DNA of 64,000 nt from Dehalococcoidia bacterium (GTDB lineage: Bacteria > Chloroflexota > Dehalococcoidia > Plut-88900), in NCBI GenBank assembly GCA_965197645.1, contig OZ240219.1, positions 352,001 through 416,000 of the forward strand. Direction: 5' to 3'. The notes under the pieces are model-generated. The model saw nothing but the letters and a program-made list of their open reading frames with translations, had not been told where the DNA came from and made no database searches. The stretch's first letter is position 1. The number at the start of each line of letters is the position of its first letter. The position numbers were made by a program, and so were the translations under genes. Below, in pieces: positions 39,555 through 49,041 of the stretch.

Positions 39555-41309
39555 ATGAACGGCAGCTACTCGTTGAAGTTCGAGCCCAACATCCCCGTGA
39601 CCATGAGGGACGGCACCGTTACTTACGCCGACGTATTTCGGCCCGATGCGTCAGGCAAGTTCCCGGCGATTCTTCAACGCACCCCGTATGACAAGGGCGC
39701 CGCGATGAGCATTACCAACTCGCCGGTCGATGCTATCAGGGCAGCGATGGAGGGATACGCCGTCGTCATTCAGGACGTGCGCGGCCGGTACACGTCCGAG
39801 GGCGAGTTCTACACCTTCGTCAACGAGATAGATGACGGCTATGACTCGGTTGAGTGGACGGCGAGCCAGCCGTGGTGCAGCGGCAAGGTCGCGATGAACG
39901 GGGTGTCCTACGTCGGCGCCACCCAGTGGCTGGCCGCAAAGGCCAAGCCGCCTTCGCTGGCGGCGATAGCCCCCGGTGTCACCGGTTCCAACTATCAGGA
40001 GGGGTGGGCCTGGCAGGGCGGCGCCTTCGAGCTGGGCTTCAACCTGTCATGGACCATCGGATCCCTGGTCGCGGCCAACTGGGACAATCTGTCAAAACGG
40101 CTGCCCCTGTCTCCGGAGGGACTGGATAAGGTAATGGACGCGGCGGACAATCTGACGGTGGGACTCAACCATCTCCCGCTGCGGGACCTCCCCGATTTCA
40201 AGGGTGACCTCGCCCCCTACTACTACGACTGGCTGGCACACCCGGAGTACGATAGCTACTGGCAAGACGTCAGCATCGAGGAGGCGCACCCGGAGATAAC
40301 GGTCCCCGCCTACAACTTCGGCGGTTGGTACGATATCTTCCTGGGAGGAACAATCCGAAACTTCAGCCGCATGCGGGAAATGGGTGCGACCGAGGACGCT
40401 AGGCGCGGCCAGAAGCTGGTCATAGGACCCTGGGTACACGATGGCGCTCCGGGCAACATTTCGGGAGCGTTCAACTTCGGCACAGGCGCTTCGGCCCTGA
40501 CCCTCGACCTGCAAGGGGACATACTGCGGTACTACGATTACTGGCTCAAGGGCGAGGACAACGGGGTGATGGGCGAAAAGCCGGTCCGTATCTTCGTCAT
40601 GGGCGACAACGTCTGGAGGTACGAGGATGAGTGGCCCCTCAGCCGCGCCAACGAAGTAAGGTACTATCTGCACAGCGGAGGCAAAGCCAACACCCTGAAC
40701 GGCGATGGGTCTCTCTCGCCGGAGTCTCCGGGAAGCGAATCGCCCGACGTCTACGTGTACAACCCGATAGACCCTGCGCGCACGCAAGGAGGCGGCCTCT
40801 GCTGCGATGCATGGTTCATGGCCTCGGGCGCCTTCGACCAGAGGGCCATCGAGGCTAGGCCGGATGTCCTGGTCTACTCGACGCCTCCCATGGACCAGGA
40901 CACCGAGGTGACAGGGCCGATAACGGTAACCCTGTACTCTTCGACCTCGGCCCCGGACACCGACTTCACCGCAAAGCTGGTTGACGTAGGACCGTGCGGC
41001 TTCGCCCGCAATCTGACCGATGGGATCATACGCGCCAGGTACAGGCAGCCCCGCCAGCCGGCCAGTCTGATAGAGCCGGGCCAAGTCTACGAGTACACCA
41101 TAGACCTGTGGGCCACCAGCAATGTGTTCAAGAAGGACCACCAGATACGGCTGGAGGTCTCCAGCAGCAACTTCCCCCGGTTTGATCGCAACACCAACAC
41201 GGGTGAAGAGATCGGCGCCGATAGCGGGTTCGTTTCGGCGCTTCAGACGGTGTACCACACCTCGGAGTATCCCTCTCACGTGACGCTGCCCATCGTCCCG
41301 AAGGACTGA
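39555..41309 (+). CDS. CocE/NonD family serine hydrolase
   Basis: RTPYDK, QDVRGRYTSEG, GVSYVG, GGWYDIF, IGPWVH, SSSNFPRFDRN. Confidence 0.95.
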   Translation: MNGSYSLKFEPNIPVTMRDGTVTYADVFRPDASGKFPAILQRTPYDKGAAMSITNSPVDAIRAAMEGYAVVIQDVRGRYTSEGEFYTFVNEIDDGYDSVEWTASQPWCSGKVAMNGVSYVGATQWLAAKAKPPSLAAIAPGVTGSNYQEGWAWQGGAFELGFNLSWTIGSLVAANWDNLSKRLPLSPEGLDKVMDAADNLTVGLNHLPLRDLPDFKGDLAPYYYDWLAHPEYDSYWQDVSIEEAHPEITVPAYNFGGWYDIFLGGTIRNFSRMREMGATEDARRGQKLVIGPWVHDGAPGNISGAFNFGTGASALTLDLQGDILRYYDYWLKGEDNGVMGEKPVRIFVMGDNVWRYEDEWPLSRANEVRYYLHSGGKANTLNGDGSLSPESPGSESPDVYVYNPIDPARTQGGGLCCDAWFMASGAFDQRAIEARPDVLVYSTPPMDQDTEVTGPITVTLYSSTSAPDTDFTAKLVDVGPCGFARNLTDGIIRARYRQPRQPASLIEPGQVYEYTIDLWATSNVFKKDHQIRLEVSSSNFPRFDRNTNTGEEIGADSGFVSALQTVYHTSEYPSHVTLPIVPKD

Positions 41310-41314
41310 CGGGG

Positions 41315-41550
41315 AACATACACTTTCGCGACCATCCCCCTGGCCCCCTTCCTGGCCAGGAAGGGGGGATAGATAAAGAAAGTTTCCGAGGGACACCCTC
41401 AGACTCCCGGCAAAGGGGCTTCGCCCCTCTGCACACCCCTTGTCAAATCAACGCGCATCCACAGTTTGCGGGGTGGGATGGCCGCGGCCATAATCCGGAG
41501 GAGCCGAGAGAGTTTCCCTCTGGCAGCGGGGTTAGGGGGTGCCCCCCAAA
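41315..41550. repeat. Composite REP-like element (hairpin plus forward and inverted REP copies) between convergent genes
   Basis: CCCCTTCCTGG-CCAGGAAGGGG; GAGGGACACCCTCAGACTCCCGGCAAAGGGGCTTCGCCCCTCTGCACACCCC; inverted degenerate copy at about 41501-41547. Confidence 0.75.
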
Positions 41551-41581
41551 TTTACCAAACGTCCCAGGGCAGGGGGGCCGG

Positions 41582-44467
41582 TTATCGCTTGCCCAGCGCC
41601 TCGAGGACGCGGTCCGGTGTGGCCGGGATGTCGTAGACCCGGGCTCCGGTCGCATCGGCTATGGCGTTGACCACGGCAGCGACAATGGGAACGTCGCTCA
41701 TCTCGCCTCCGCCCTTAGCGCCGAAGGGGCCTTTGGAGTATTCGCTACCGACGACGGACACCACGGTGATCTTCTCTGGGGCCTGTCGAGTGGTGGGAAG
41801 CCCGTAGGCCTTGATGGTCCTGGTCTCTCCGGGCACGTACCTTTCGCTCAGGGCCAGGCCCATGCCGAAGACGATGCCGCCTTCGCACTGGCCCTCGAAG
41901 CTCAAGGGGTGAAGGATTTTGCCGGAGTCGGCGGCGTAGAGGACCCTGAGCACTTTGACCTGTCCAGTATCGATGTTCACGTCCGCCTCGACGAGGGTGG
42001 TGCCGAAGGAGAACACATCGCAGTTGGACCCCTGGCCGGTTTCGGGATCGAAAGCCTGCTTGTTAGATTTTTCGCTGTAGGCCTTGGCGTGCTTGAAGGC
42101 GAAAGATCCTTCGTATTTCGTAGGGGCCTTCATCTTCTGAAGATGGCGGAAAATGAGATGGTACGGCAGCCTCTCGCCGGGAGCGCGTTTCGAGTAGGCG
42201 TGGCCGGCCTCGAAAAGGACGTTTTCCGGGGTGTCCTCCAGGATCTCCGACGCCGCTTGCGCCATGGCCGCCTTCAGCTTCTTCGATGCGTCGTGGACTG
42301 CGCCCCCGACCAGGGTAACGGTGCCCTGGGAAGCAGTGATGTGCGGATAGGGGGCGAGGATAGTATCGCCCATGACCATGTCCACCGACTCCAGGGGAAG
42401 CGCCAGCTCCTCGGCGGCGATCTGGGCCATGACCGTGCGGCTCCCCTGGCCCTTCTCCACCGCGCCGACGAACACCTTGATCCTGTCGTTTTCCAGCAGC
42501 TCGACCGCGGCCTTGTACTCGCCGCCCACACCGACAGCCCGCCACCCGCATCCTATGCCCACGCCTCGTTTCCAGGGCATGGCCGGAGGGTCCGACTCGG
42601 CCAGGTCCAGGGCCTGGCGATAGGGCTCTCGCACCGCTTCCAGTGTCGCTTTGACTCCCACGCTCTCCTCCAGGGGCATGCCGGTATGTAAGACGTCGCC
42701 TACCTCGAGGGCGTTGAGAATCCGGAAATCCAGCTTGTCCATGCCCAGCTTCTCGGCCAACAGGTCCATCTGGGTCTCATGGGCCAGGGCCGAGGCTATG
42801 CTGGTTATGCCCCTGATGGGGATGGCCCGGGGACTGTTGGTGCAAGCCTCGTTGGCCTCGATGTAGACGTTGGGCACGCGATAGGGACCGGTGATGAAAT
42901 AGGCGTTGCGGCTCACACAATCGTTGATGGCCTCGCCGGGGTTGTGACTCCAGGCCCCACCATCGACCAGCATGTCGGCTTCCATAGCCACCAGCTTTCC
43001 CTCTCTGGTGGCCCCCGTTCTGCACTTCATCAGAAAGGAGTACCACTTGGACGAGCCCAACAGTGATTCCTCCCGGCTGTACACCAGCCTCACCGGTTTC
43101 CGGGTTTTGACTGCAAGCAGGGCCAGGATGCCGGCGTGAAGGTAGTCCTCTCTCCCGCCGAAATTGCCTCCCATCTCGGGGCAGATGATGCGTATTCTGT
43201 CCCGCTCCATGTTCATCAGTCCGGCCAGGAAGGCGTGGCCCTCGAAGGCCTCGTGGGAGGGGAACTCCAGCAGCAGCCTGCCGTCATCATCCAGGTAGGC
43301 GACGCCCGCCTCCGGCTCCATGTAGAAATGCTCCTGTCGAGGAGTGGTGAAGGTGCTCTCGACGATGACCTCGGCCCGAGCCAGACCTTCCTTTGCATCG
43401 CCGGAGACCACCCTTCGAGCGTGGACTACGTTAGGTTCGGGGGGGTTGATGAGAGGAGTGGTTGGGTCTCCGGCCTTGAGGTAGTCCAGAACGGGAGGCA
43501 GTGGATCGTACTCAACGTGGATGCTGTCCAGGGCGGCTTCGGCGGCCTCTTTGGTTGTGGCGGCTACAGCGGCTATGGCCTCGCCGAGAAACCGGACCTT
43601 GTCACGGGGAAAGAGGTAGGTCTGCGGTTTCCCGTTGGGCATCATGGGACTGCCGGGTATATTCTCGGCTGTGACCACCGCCTCGACACCTTCCAGCGCC
43701 TCGGCCTCAGAGGTGTCTATGGAGACGATGCGGGCGTGGTGATAAGGGCTGCGGAGTACCCTGGCATGGAGCATACCCTCCATCTTCAGATCGGCGGCAT
43801 ACCTGGCGGCGCCGGTCACCTTGTCCAGATCGTCTAGCCGGGGAACGCTGGCCCCGACTATCGGGCCGCCGGATACGGGTACGGACCGAACGCCGCCGGC
43901 CCCTCGCATGGCCTTGGCGGCATCCAGGACGGCGTCGATGACTTTGACGTAGCCGGTGCAGCGACAGATGTTGCGGGAAAGCCGTTTGACCACATCTTCC
44001 CTTGCGGGCTCCGGGTTCCGCTCCAACAGGGCCGAGGCCTCCATGATGATGCCCGGAATGCAGAACCCGCACTGGGATGCGCCGAGCTCGATGAAGGCGT
44101 CCTGGAGGGGGTGCAGGTCGCTGTTGTCGAGAGCTTCGGGAGTCGAGTCCTCATGATATCGGGAGGCCAGACCTTCGATAGTGGTGATCTCTTTACCCTG
44201 GGCCCGGCGCACCGGGAGGAGACAGGACATGACCCCCTTGTTGCCAAAGAGGACTATACAGCTCCCGCATTCGCCTCCGTCGCAAGCCTCTTTCGTCCCC
44301 GTGAGGTCCAGGTCGTCCCGCAGCACGTCGAGCAAAGTGCGGTCGGGGACGGTGTTCACCACCCGTCTCTCGCCGTTTACGGTAAGGGCTATGGCTGCTT
44401 TCGCCGGCAACTGCTTTATCGAGGTACTTCCGTTTCGTTCGTCAACGTCCCGAAGATGGTAGCACAA
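41582..44467 (-). CDS. Xanthine oxidase family molybdenum hydroxylase, fused 2x[2Fe-2S] and molybdopterin domains (aldehyde oxidoreductase-like); start uncertain
   Basis: GTKEACDGGECGSC, QCGFC, NICRCTGY, KVTGAARYAAD, MGGNFGGR, EKGQGS, GAKGGGE. Confidence 0.92.
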   Translation of the reverse strand: MCYHLRDVDERNGSTSIKQLPAKAAIALTVNGERRVVNTVPDRTLLDVLRDDLDLTGTKEACDGGECGSCIVLFGNKGVMSCLLPVRRAQGKEITTIEGLASRYHEDSTPEALDNSDLHPLQDAFIELGASQCGFCIPGIIMEASALLERNPEPAREDVVKRLSRNICRCTGYVKVIDAVLDAAKAMRGAGGVRSVPVSGGPIVGASVPRLDDLDKVTGAARYAADLKMEGMLHARVLRSPYHHARIVSIDTSEAEALEGVEAVVTAENIPGSPMMPNGKPQTYLFPRDKVRFLGEAIAAVAATTKEAAEAALDSIHVEYDPLPPVLDYLKAGDPTTPLINPPEPNVVHARRVVSGDAKEGLARAEVIVESTFTTPRQEHFYMEPEAGVAYLDDDGRLLLEFPSHEAFEGHAFLAGLMNMERDRIRIICPEMGGNFGGREDYLHAGILALLAVKTRKPVRLVYSREESLLGSSKWYSFLMKCRTGATREGKLVAMEADMLVDGGAWSHNPGEAINDCVSRNAYFITGPYRVPNVYIEANEACTNSPRAIPIRGITSIASALAHETQMDLLAEKLGMDKLDFRILNALEVGDVLHTGMPLEESVGVKATLEAVREPYRQALDLAESDPPAMPWKRGVGIGCGWRAVGVGGEYKAAVELLENDRIKVFVGAVEKGQGSRTVMAQIAAEELALPLESVDMVMGDTILAPYPHITASQGTVTLVGGAVHDASKKLKAAMAQAASEILEDTPENVLFEAGHAYSKRAPGERLPYHLIFRHLQKMKAPTKYEGSFAFKHAKAYSEKSNKQAFDPETGQGSNCDVFSFGTTLVEADVNIDTGQVKVLRVLYAADSGKILHPLSFEGQCEGGIVFGMGLALSERYVPGETRTIKAYGLPTTRQAPEKITVVSVVGSEYSKGPFGAKGGGEMSDVPIVAAVVNAIADATGARVYDIPATPDRVLEALGKR

Positions 44468-44547
44468 AGCGACTTATTTAAGCTTGCCAGGCCCGGGGAA
44501 ACGGGTTCCCCAAGGTGTTACCCTAAGGAACGGCATATTAGAGGCGA

Positions 44548-46137
44548 GTGGGAACAGCAGGCCCGAATTCAACAAGGCGAGTGAGGATGATGGAGGAAGC
44601 CATGACCAAGGAATACGACATCATAATCATCGGGGGAGGGCACAACGGGCTAGTGGCGGCGGCCTACCTTGCCGACGCGGGACTGGATGTGCTCGTGCTG
44701 GAGAGGCGGGACATCATCGGTGGGGCCTGCGTCACCGAGGAGCTGATACCGGGCTTCCGGTTCTCCACGGCCTCCATGTTCGTGGGCTCGCTCAATCACA
44801 AAGTCATAGAAGACCTGGAGCTCTCCAAGTACGGATTCGAGTGGTACACCACAGATCCCACCGACATCTTCATGTTCCCGAACGAGCGCTGCCTATGTTG
44901 CTGGAAAGATGAGGGGAGGCTGGTGGAGGAGATTTCCAAGTTCTCTAAGAAGGATGCCCAGGCCTACCTGCAGTTTGAACGGGAGTACCAGCAATACGAG
45001 GAGTATCTGACCCCGTTGGAGCTTCGCCCTCCGCCAAGCTTTCCCGAGGTCGCCAGCCGGTTCAAGACCCCCGATGAGCAGGAGCTTTTTCGCACTTTCA
45101 TGCTGGGCAGCATGGCCGAGTTCGTGGAGTCCCGGTTCGAAACGGAAGAAGCTCGGATGCTTGTTGCAGCCCTGGCCACTGTGGGCCATTCCCTCAGCCT
45201 ACGGAGCAAAGGCAACATGCACCCGTACATCAGGGACCACTGGGGTTTCAGCCGGGGTGGGATGGGAGCCATCACGAGGGCAATGGCCGAGTCAGCCCGG
45301 TCGAGAGGGGCCTCCATCAGGGCCAACGCCGAAGTGAAGCATGTGTTGGTGAGAGACGGAAAGGCAGCCGGCGTGGTGCTGGTGGACGGCGAAGAGATTC
45401 GTGCAAAGGCCGTGGCTTCCAACGCCGACCCCAAGAGGACCTTCCTCCACCTGGTCGAGCCCGAACATCTCGAGGAGAAGTTCAGGGACAAGGTGGACAA
45501 CATCCAGATGAAGGGCGATTTCGCCAAGCTCTTCATCGCCCTGGATGGCCGGCCCCAGTGGGAATGCTTCGGAGACGAGGACCCGGGCACGAGGGACCAT
45601 GGCTTCATAACTATCAACCCCTCCATCGAATACAGCGAGAGGGCACTGAGGGACTGCATGGACGGCCACCCATCGCAGGACCCGTTGTTCATGCTGCACC
45701 TCCAGTCCCTCACGGACGACTCACTGGCGCCTCCCGGCAAACACGCTATGACGGTCTATGTTCAATACGCCCCCTACAACCTGAAGGAAGGAAGCTGGGA
45801 AGATAAACGAGACCGGTTCTCCAAAAGGTGCATCGATACCCTGGCCGAGTACAGCCCCAATCTCAAAGACCTGATTGTGGACCACGCTTTCTTCGGGCCT
45901 CGTGACATAGAGGAGCGATTCTACCTCACCGAGAGTACCATGCTGCACGGCGACGTCTTCCCGGACCAGATGTTTGGGAATAGGCCGGTGCCCGGTTGGT
46001 CCCAGTACCGGACACCCCTGCAGAACCTGTATCTCTGCGGCTCGGGCGCTTATCCGGGCGGCGGCGTGACGGGCGTTCCCGGTCACAACGCCTCTCAGGC
46101 CATCATCCAGGACTGGCGAGAGGGAGTCATTGGCTGA
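44548..46137 (+). CDS. Phytoene dehydrogenase-like NAD(P)/FAD oxidoreductase; true start probably about 44587-44602
   Basis: IIGGGHNGLVAAAYLA, GGACVTEE, GGMGAIT, NLYLCGSGAYPGGGVTG. Confidence 0.9.
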   Translation: MGTAGPNSTRRVRMMEEAMTKEYDIIIIGGGHNGLVAAAYLADAGLDVLVLERRDIIGGACVTEELIPGFRFSTASMFVGSLNHKVIEDLELSKYGFEWYTTDPTDIFMFPNERCLCCWKDEGRLVEEISKFSKKDAQAYLQFEREYQQYEEYLTPLELRPPPSFPEVASRFKTPDEQELFRTFMLGSMAEFVESRFETEEARMLVAALATVGHSLSLRSKGNMHPYIRDHWGFSRGGMGAITRAMAESARSRGASIRANAEVKHVLVRDGKAAGVVLVDGEEIRAKAVASNADPKRTFLHLVEPEHLEEKFRDKVDNIQMKGDFAKLFIALDGRPQWECFGDEDPGTRDHGFITINPSIEYSERALRDCMDGHPSQDPLFMLHLQSLTDDSLAPPGKHAMTVYVQYAPYNLKEGSWEDKRDRFSKRCIDTLAEYSPNLKDLIVDHAFFGPRDIEERFYLTESTMLHGDVFPDQMFGNRPVPGWSQYRTPLQNLYLCGSGAYPGGGVTGVPGHNASQAIIQDWREGVIG

Positions 46138-46236
46138 CGTGTCCAACCGTCTGACAAAGCCCATCTCAAACAAGGGGAGAACGGCGCCATAACAGAACCG
46201 CCCAAGATAGAACGCCCCTCCAGGTACCGATGGGCG

Positions 46237-47418
46237 GTGCTCCTGTTTTGGCTGGCCCCCCACGTGTGGGGCTATGTAATGATGGGGAGCCTAGGGTTCC
46301 TTCTCCCCAGCATGAGAAAGGAGCTGGGACTCAGCCCTCTTCAGGAGGGGTTTCTGGGAGCTGCCCCTCCGGTTGCCAATATCCTACTGGCAATACCCTT
46401 CGGCTGGCTTCTATCCAGTTTCAAACCGAAGCTTCTCAGCTCCTTCAGCTTCTTCGCCATGGCCGGTCTCGTCTTCTTCCAGGGCTGGGCGCCGGTATAC
46501 CTACTGCTGCTGTTGGGCCGCTTCCTGTACGGCGTCGCCTCCATCTCTCGAGAGCCGGCCCGGGTGCTTTTGATACGGCAATGGATACCACCAAGGGAGA
46601 TAGTGATAGCCAACGCCCTGGCCAACTTCCTGTGGGGCATTGTGGGACTGGGTTTCATTCTCATACCGGTGGTTCTGGGGCTGCTCGACGACAACTGGCG
46701 GCATACCATGTACGTGTTCGGAATAGTGTCGATAGCAGTAGCTCTGACGTGGCAGATTTTCGGCAAGGAGAGGCGGACCGCGGAATTCGAAGAGCAGATG
46801 CAAGGGCAGGAGACCACTCCTCTCGCCACGATGTTCCAGCACCGGGAGCTCTGGATGGTGTCCTTCGGCATGCTGGGCGTAGGCGTGAATTTCTCCGCTT
46901 TCCAGACCTTCTGGCCCAGCTTGATGCTGGACCAACACGGACTGTCGTTGACCGCCTCCGCCGTCGCTATGTCCGTAGGTGGGGCATTCTCCGCATTCGT
47001 CGGCCTGGGGGTGGGCCTGGTAGCCAGCAGGGTTGGCAAGAAGAGACAGATCCTGGTCCTATCCGGGCTTATCCTAACCGGCACAACGATGAGCCTGCTG
47101 TGGATCAGCAACTACCCCTTACTGATGGTGCTCTTCCTGGTCCAGAGTGTCGGCTTCTCCTTCTTCCCCATAGCCATGACCATCCCCTACGAGCTGCCGG
47201 GCATCAGGCCTCGAGAGGTGGCCGTTGCGTCCAGCATCCTCTACACGATGCTGTGGATAGGTACGTTCATAGGACCGGTGCTGGCCGGAGCCCTCACCGT
47301 CGAGGAATCCCCGGAAGCCTTGCGATTCGCGCTTCTGGTCACCAGCTGTGGCGCCTTCCTCATGACCGTGTCGGGCTTTCTGCTGCCGAGGAAGTGGGAC
47401 CGGCCCCCGGGGATCTGA
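46237..47418 (+). CDS. MFS transporter; start probably further upstream
   Basis: About 12 TM helices; the frame stays open upstream (ITEPPKIERPSRYRWAV). Confidence 0.85.
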   Translation: MLLFWLAPHVWGYVMMGSLGFLLPSMRKELGLSPLQEGFLGAAPPVANILLAIPFGWLLSSFKPKLLSSFSFFAMAGLVFFQGWAPVYLLLLLGRFLYGVASISREPARVLLIRQWIPPREIVIANALANFLWGIVGLGFILIPVVLGLLDDNWRHTMYVFGIVSIAVALTWQIFGKERRTAEFEEQMQGQETTPLATMFQHRELWMVSFGMLGVGVNFSAFQTFWPSLMLDQHGLSLTASAVAMSVGGAFSAFVGLGVGLVASRVGKKRQILVLSGLILTGTTMSLLWISNYPLLMVLFLVQSVGFSFFPIAMTIPYELPGIRPREVAVASSILYTMLWIGTFIGPVLAGALTVEESPEALRFALLVTSCGAFLMTVSGFLLPRKWDRPPGI

Positions 47419-47677
47419 GACCCGAGCCCGCTTGATCGGCTTCCATTCCCAGTCTCCACCATCGAACGCTGGAGAGCATCGGGAGGTCTGTCCGGCTTTG
47501 TAGCGGTAGTCGACGCTAGGAGAGATGCGAGATGGCTTTGTGGCTGGCACGCGTTCGTTGACGGTACCGACGGGTGATGTACAATGGCCCTCTCGGAGGA
47601 AACCATCTTCACCTGCGGCCGGAACGGCCGTATGTGAGTAATCCAGTCAGGATCTAGTAGGCAGAAGGAGGTCCGCC

Positions 47678-48763
47678 ATGAAGGCAGTGGTGATGAGGGA
47701 ACCCTACGTACCGGTAGAGGTCGAGGACGTGGAAGTGGGCACGCCCGGGCCTCGTGAGGTCCTGATCCGTACCGGTGCGGCAGGTGTGTGTCACAGCGAT
47801 CTACACTACGTCGATGGACTGTACACCACCGAACTGCCGACGATCCTCGGCCACGAGTCTGCCGGGACCGTCGAGGAGGTTGGTGAGCTGGTCACCTACT
47901 TTCAGCCCGGCGACCGGGCCATAACTTGTCTTTCAGTATTCTGCGGGACCTGCGACAAATGCCTGACGGGCAACATGGCCCTGTGCCGGAGGATCGGTCT
48001 TGATCGCAGGCCCGATGAGCCGCCCCGCCTCCACAAAGGCGATGAGCTGATATATCAGTACGCCAATCTGTCCTCCTTTGCCGAGTACATGCTGGTGCAC
48101 GAAAACGCTGCGGTGAAGGTGGATGACGACGTTCCCATCGAGGTACAAGCCCTGATCGGATGTGGGGTGACCACCGGCGTGGGAGCGGCGCTCAACACGG
48201 CCCAGGTGGAGCCGGGCAGCACCGTCGCCGTCATAGGGTGCGGGGGCGTGGGCTTGAGCGCGGTGAACGGTGCATACATCGCAGGTGCGGCCCGGGTAAT
48301 CGCCATAGATGCCGTGGAGGACAAGCTGGCCCTTGCCCAGAAGGTAGGGGCCACCGATGTCATCGACGCCTCGGGCGGTGGAGTCGTAGAGAAGGTGATG
48401 AACTTGACCGGAGGCATGGGCGTCGATTACTCCTTCGAGGCGATTGGAAAGAAAGAGACTGCGGAGCAGGCCTTCAATATGCTGGACAAGGGCGGCGCCG
48501 CTACCATCATCGGCATGATACCCGAGGGCACCGAGATCCACATCGATGGACCGTCGATCCTGGCCGGAAAGAAGATCCAGGGGAGCAGCATGGGGTCCAA
48601 CAGGTTCCGGGTGGATATGCCCCGGTACATGGAGCTCTACCGACAGGGCAGGCTGAAGTTGGACGAGATCATCTCCAAGCGAATCAGGATCGAGGACATC
48701 AACGAGGCCTTTGAGGACATGCGAGACGCTCACACAGCTCGCAGCGTCATCATGTTCGACTAA
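47678..48763 (+). CDS. Zn-dependent alcohol dehydrogenase (class III-like MDR)
   Basis: GVCHSDLH, LGHES, CGTCDKC..C, GCGVTTG, GCGGVG. Confidence 0.93.
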   Translation: MKAVVMREPYVPVEVEDVEVGTPGPREVLIRTGAAGVCHSDLHYVDGLYTTELPTILGHESAGTVEEVGELVTYFQPGDRAITCLSVFCGTCDKCLTGNMALCRRIGLDRRPDEPPRLHKGDELIYQYANLSSFAEYMLVHENAAVKVDDDVPIEVQALIGCGVTTGVGAALNTAQVEPGSTVAVIGCGGVGLSAVNGAYIAGAARVIAIDAVEDKLALAQKVGATDVIDASGGGVVEKVMNLTGGMGVDYSFEAIGKKETAEQAFNMLDKGGAATIIGMIPEGTEIHIDGPSILAGKKIQGSSMGSNRFRVDMPRYMELYRQGRLKLDEIISKRIRIEDINEAFEDMRDAHTARSVIMFD

Positions 48764-48786
48764 CGGGCCGCATTTCCGACCTGGCT

Positions 48787-48970
48787 AGATTGCCACGCCC
48801 CGACTTCGTCGGGTCTCGCAATGACGAGGCCGTCGTTGCGAGCGACCGGCGAGGGAGAAACACCTCAGACTGCCGGCAAGGGGCGTCGCCCCTCTGCAGA
48901 CCCCACGTACCTTGACCAGGGAGTCCAGAGGGCTTCCCTCTGGCCGGGGGTTTGGGGGACGTTCCCCCAA
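48787..48970. repeat. Composite palindromic element: RPE-like arm plus forward and inverted REP-like copies
   Basis: AGATTGCCACGC..CTCGCAATGAC; GAGGGAGAAACACCTCAGACTGCCGGCAAGGGGCGTCGCCCCTCTGCAGACCCC; inverted GGAGTCCAGAGGGCTTCCCTCTGG.. Confidence 0.7.
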
Positions 48971-49041
48971 GTCCACAATCGTCTCAGGGTGGGTGGGAGG
49001 GAAAACCAACCACTTGGGCCGGGTGGGGTTGCACACCCGGA

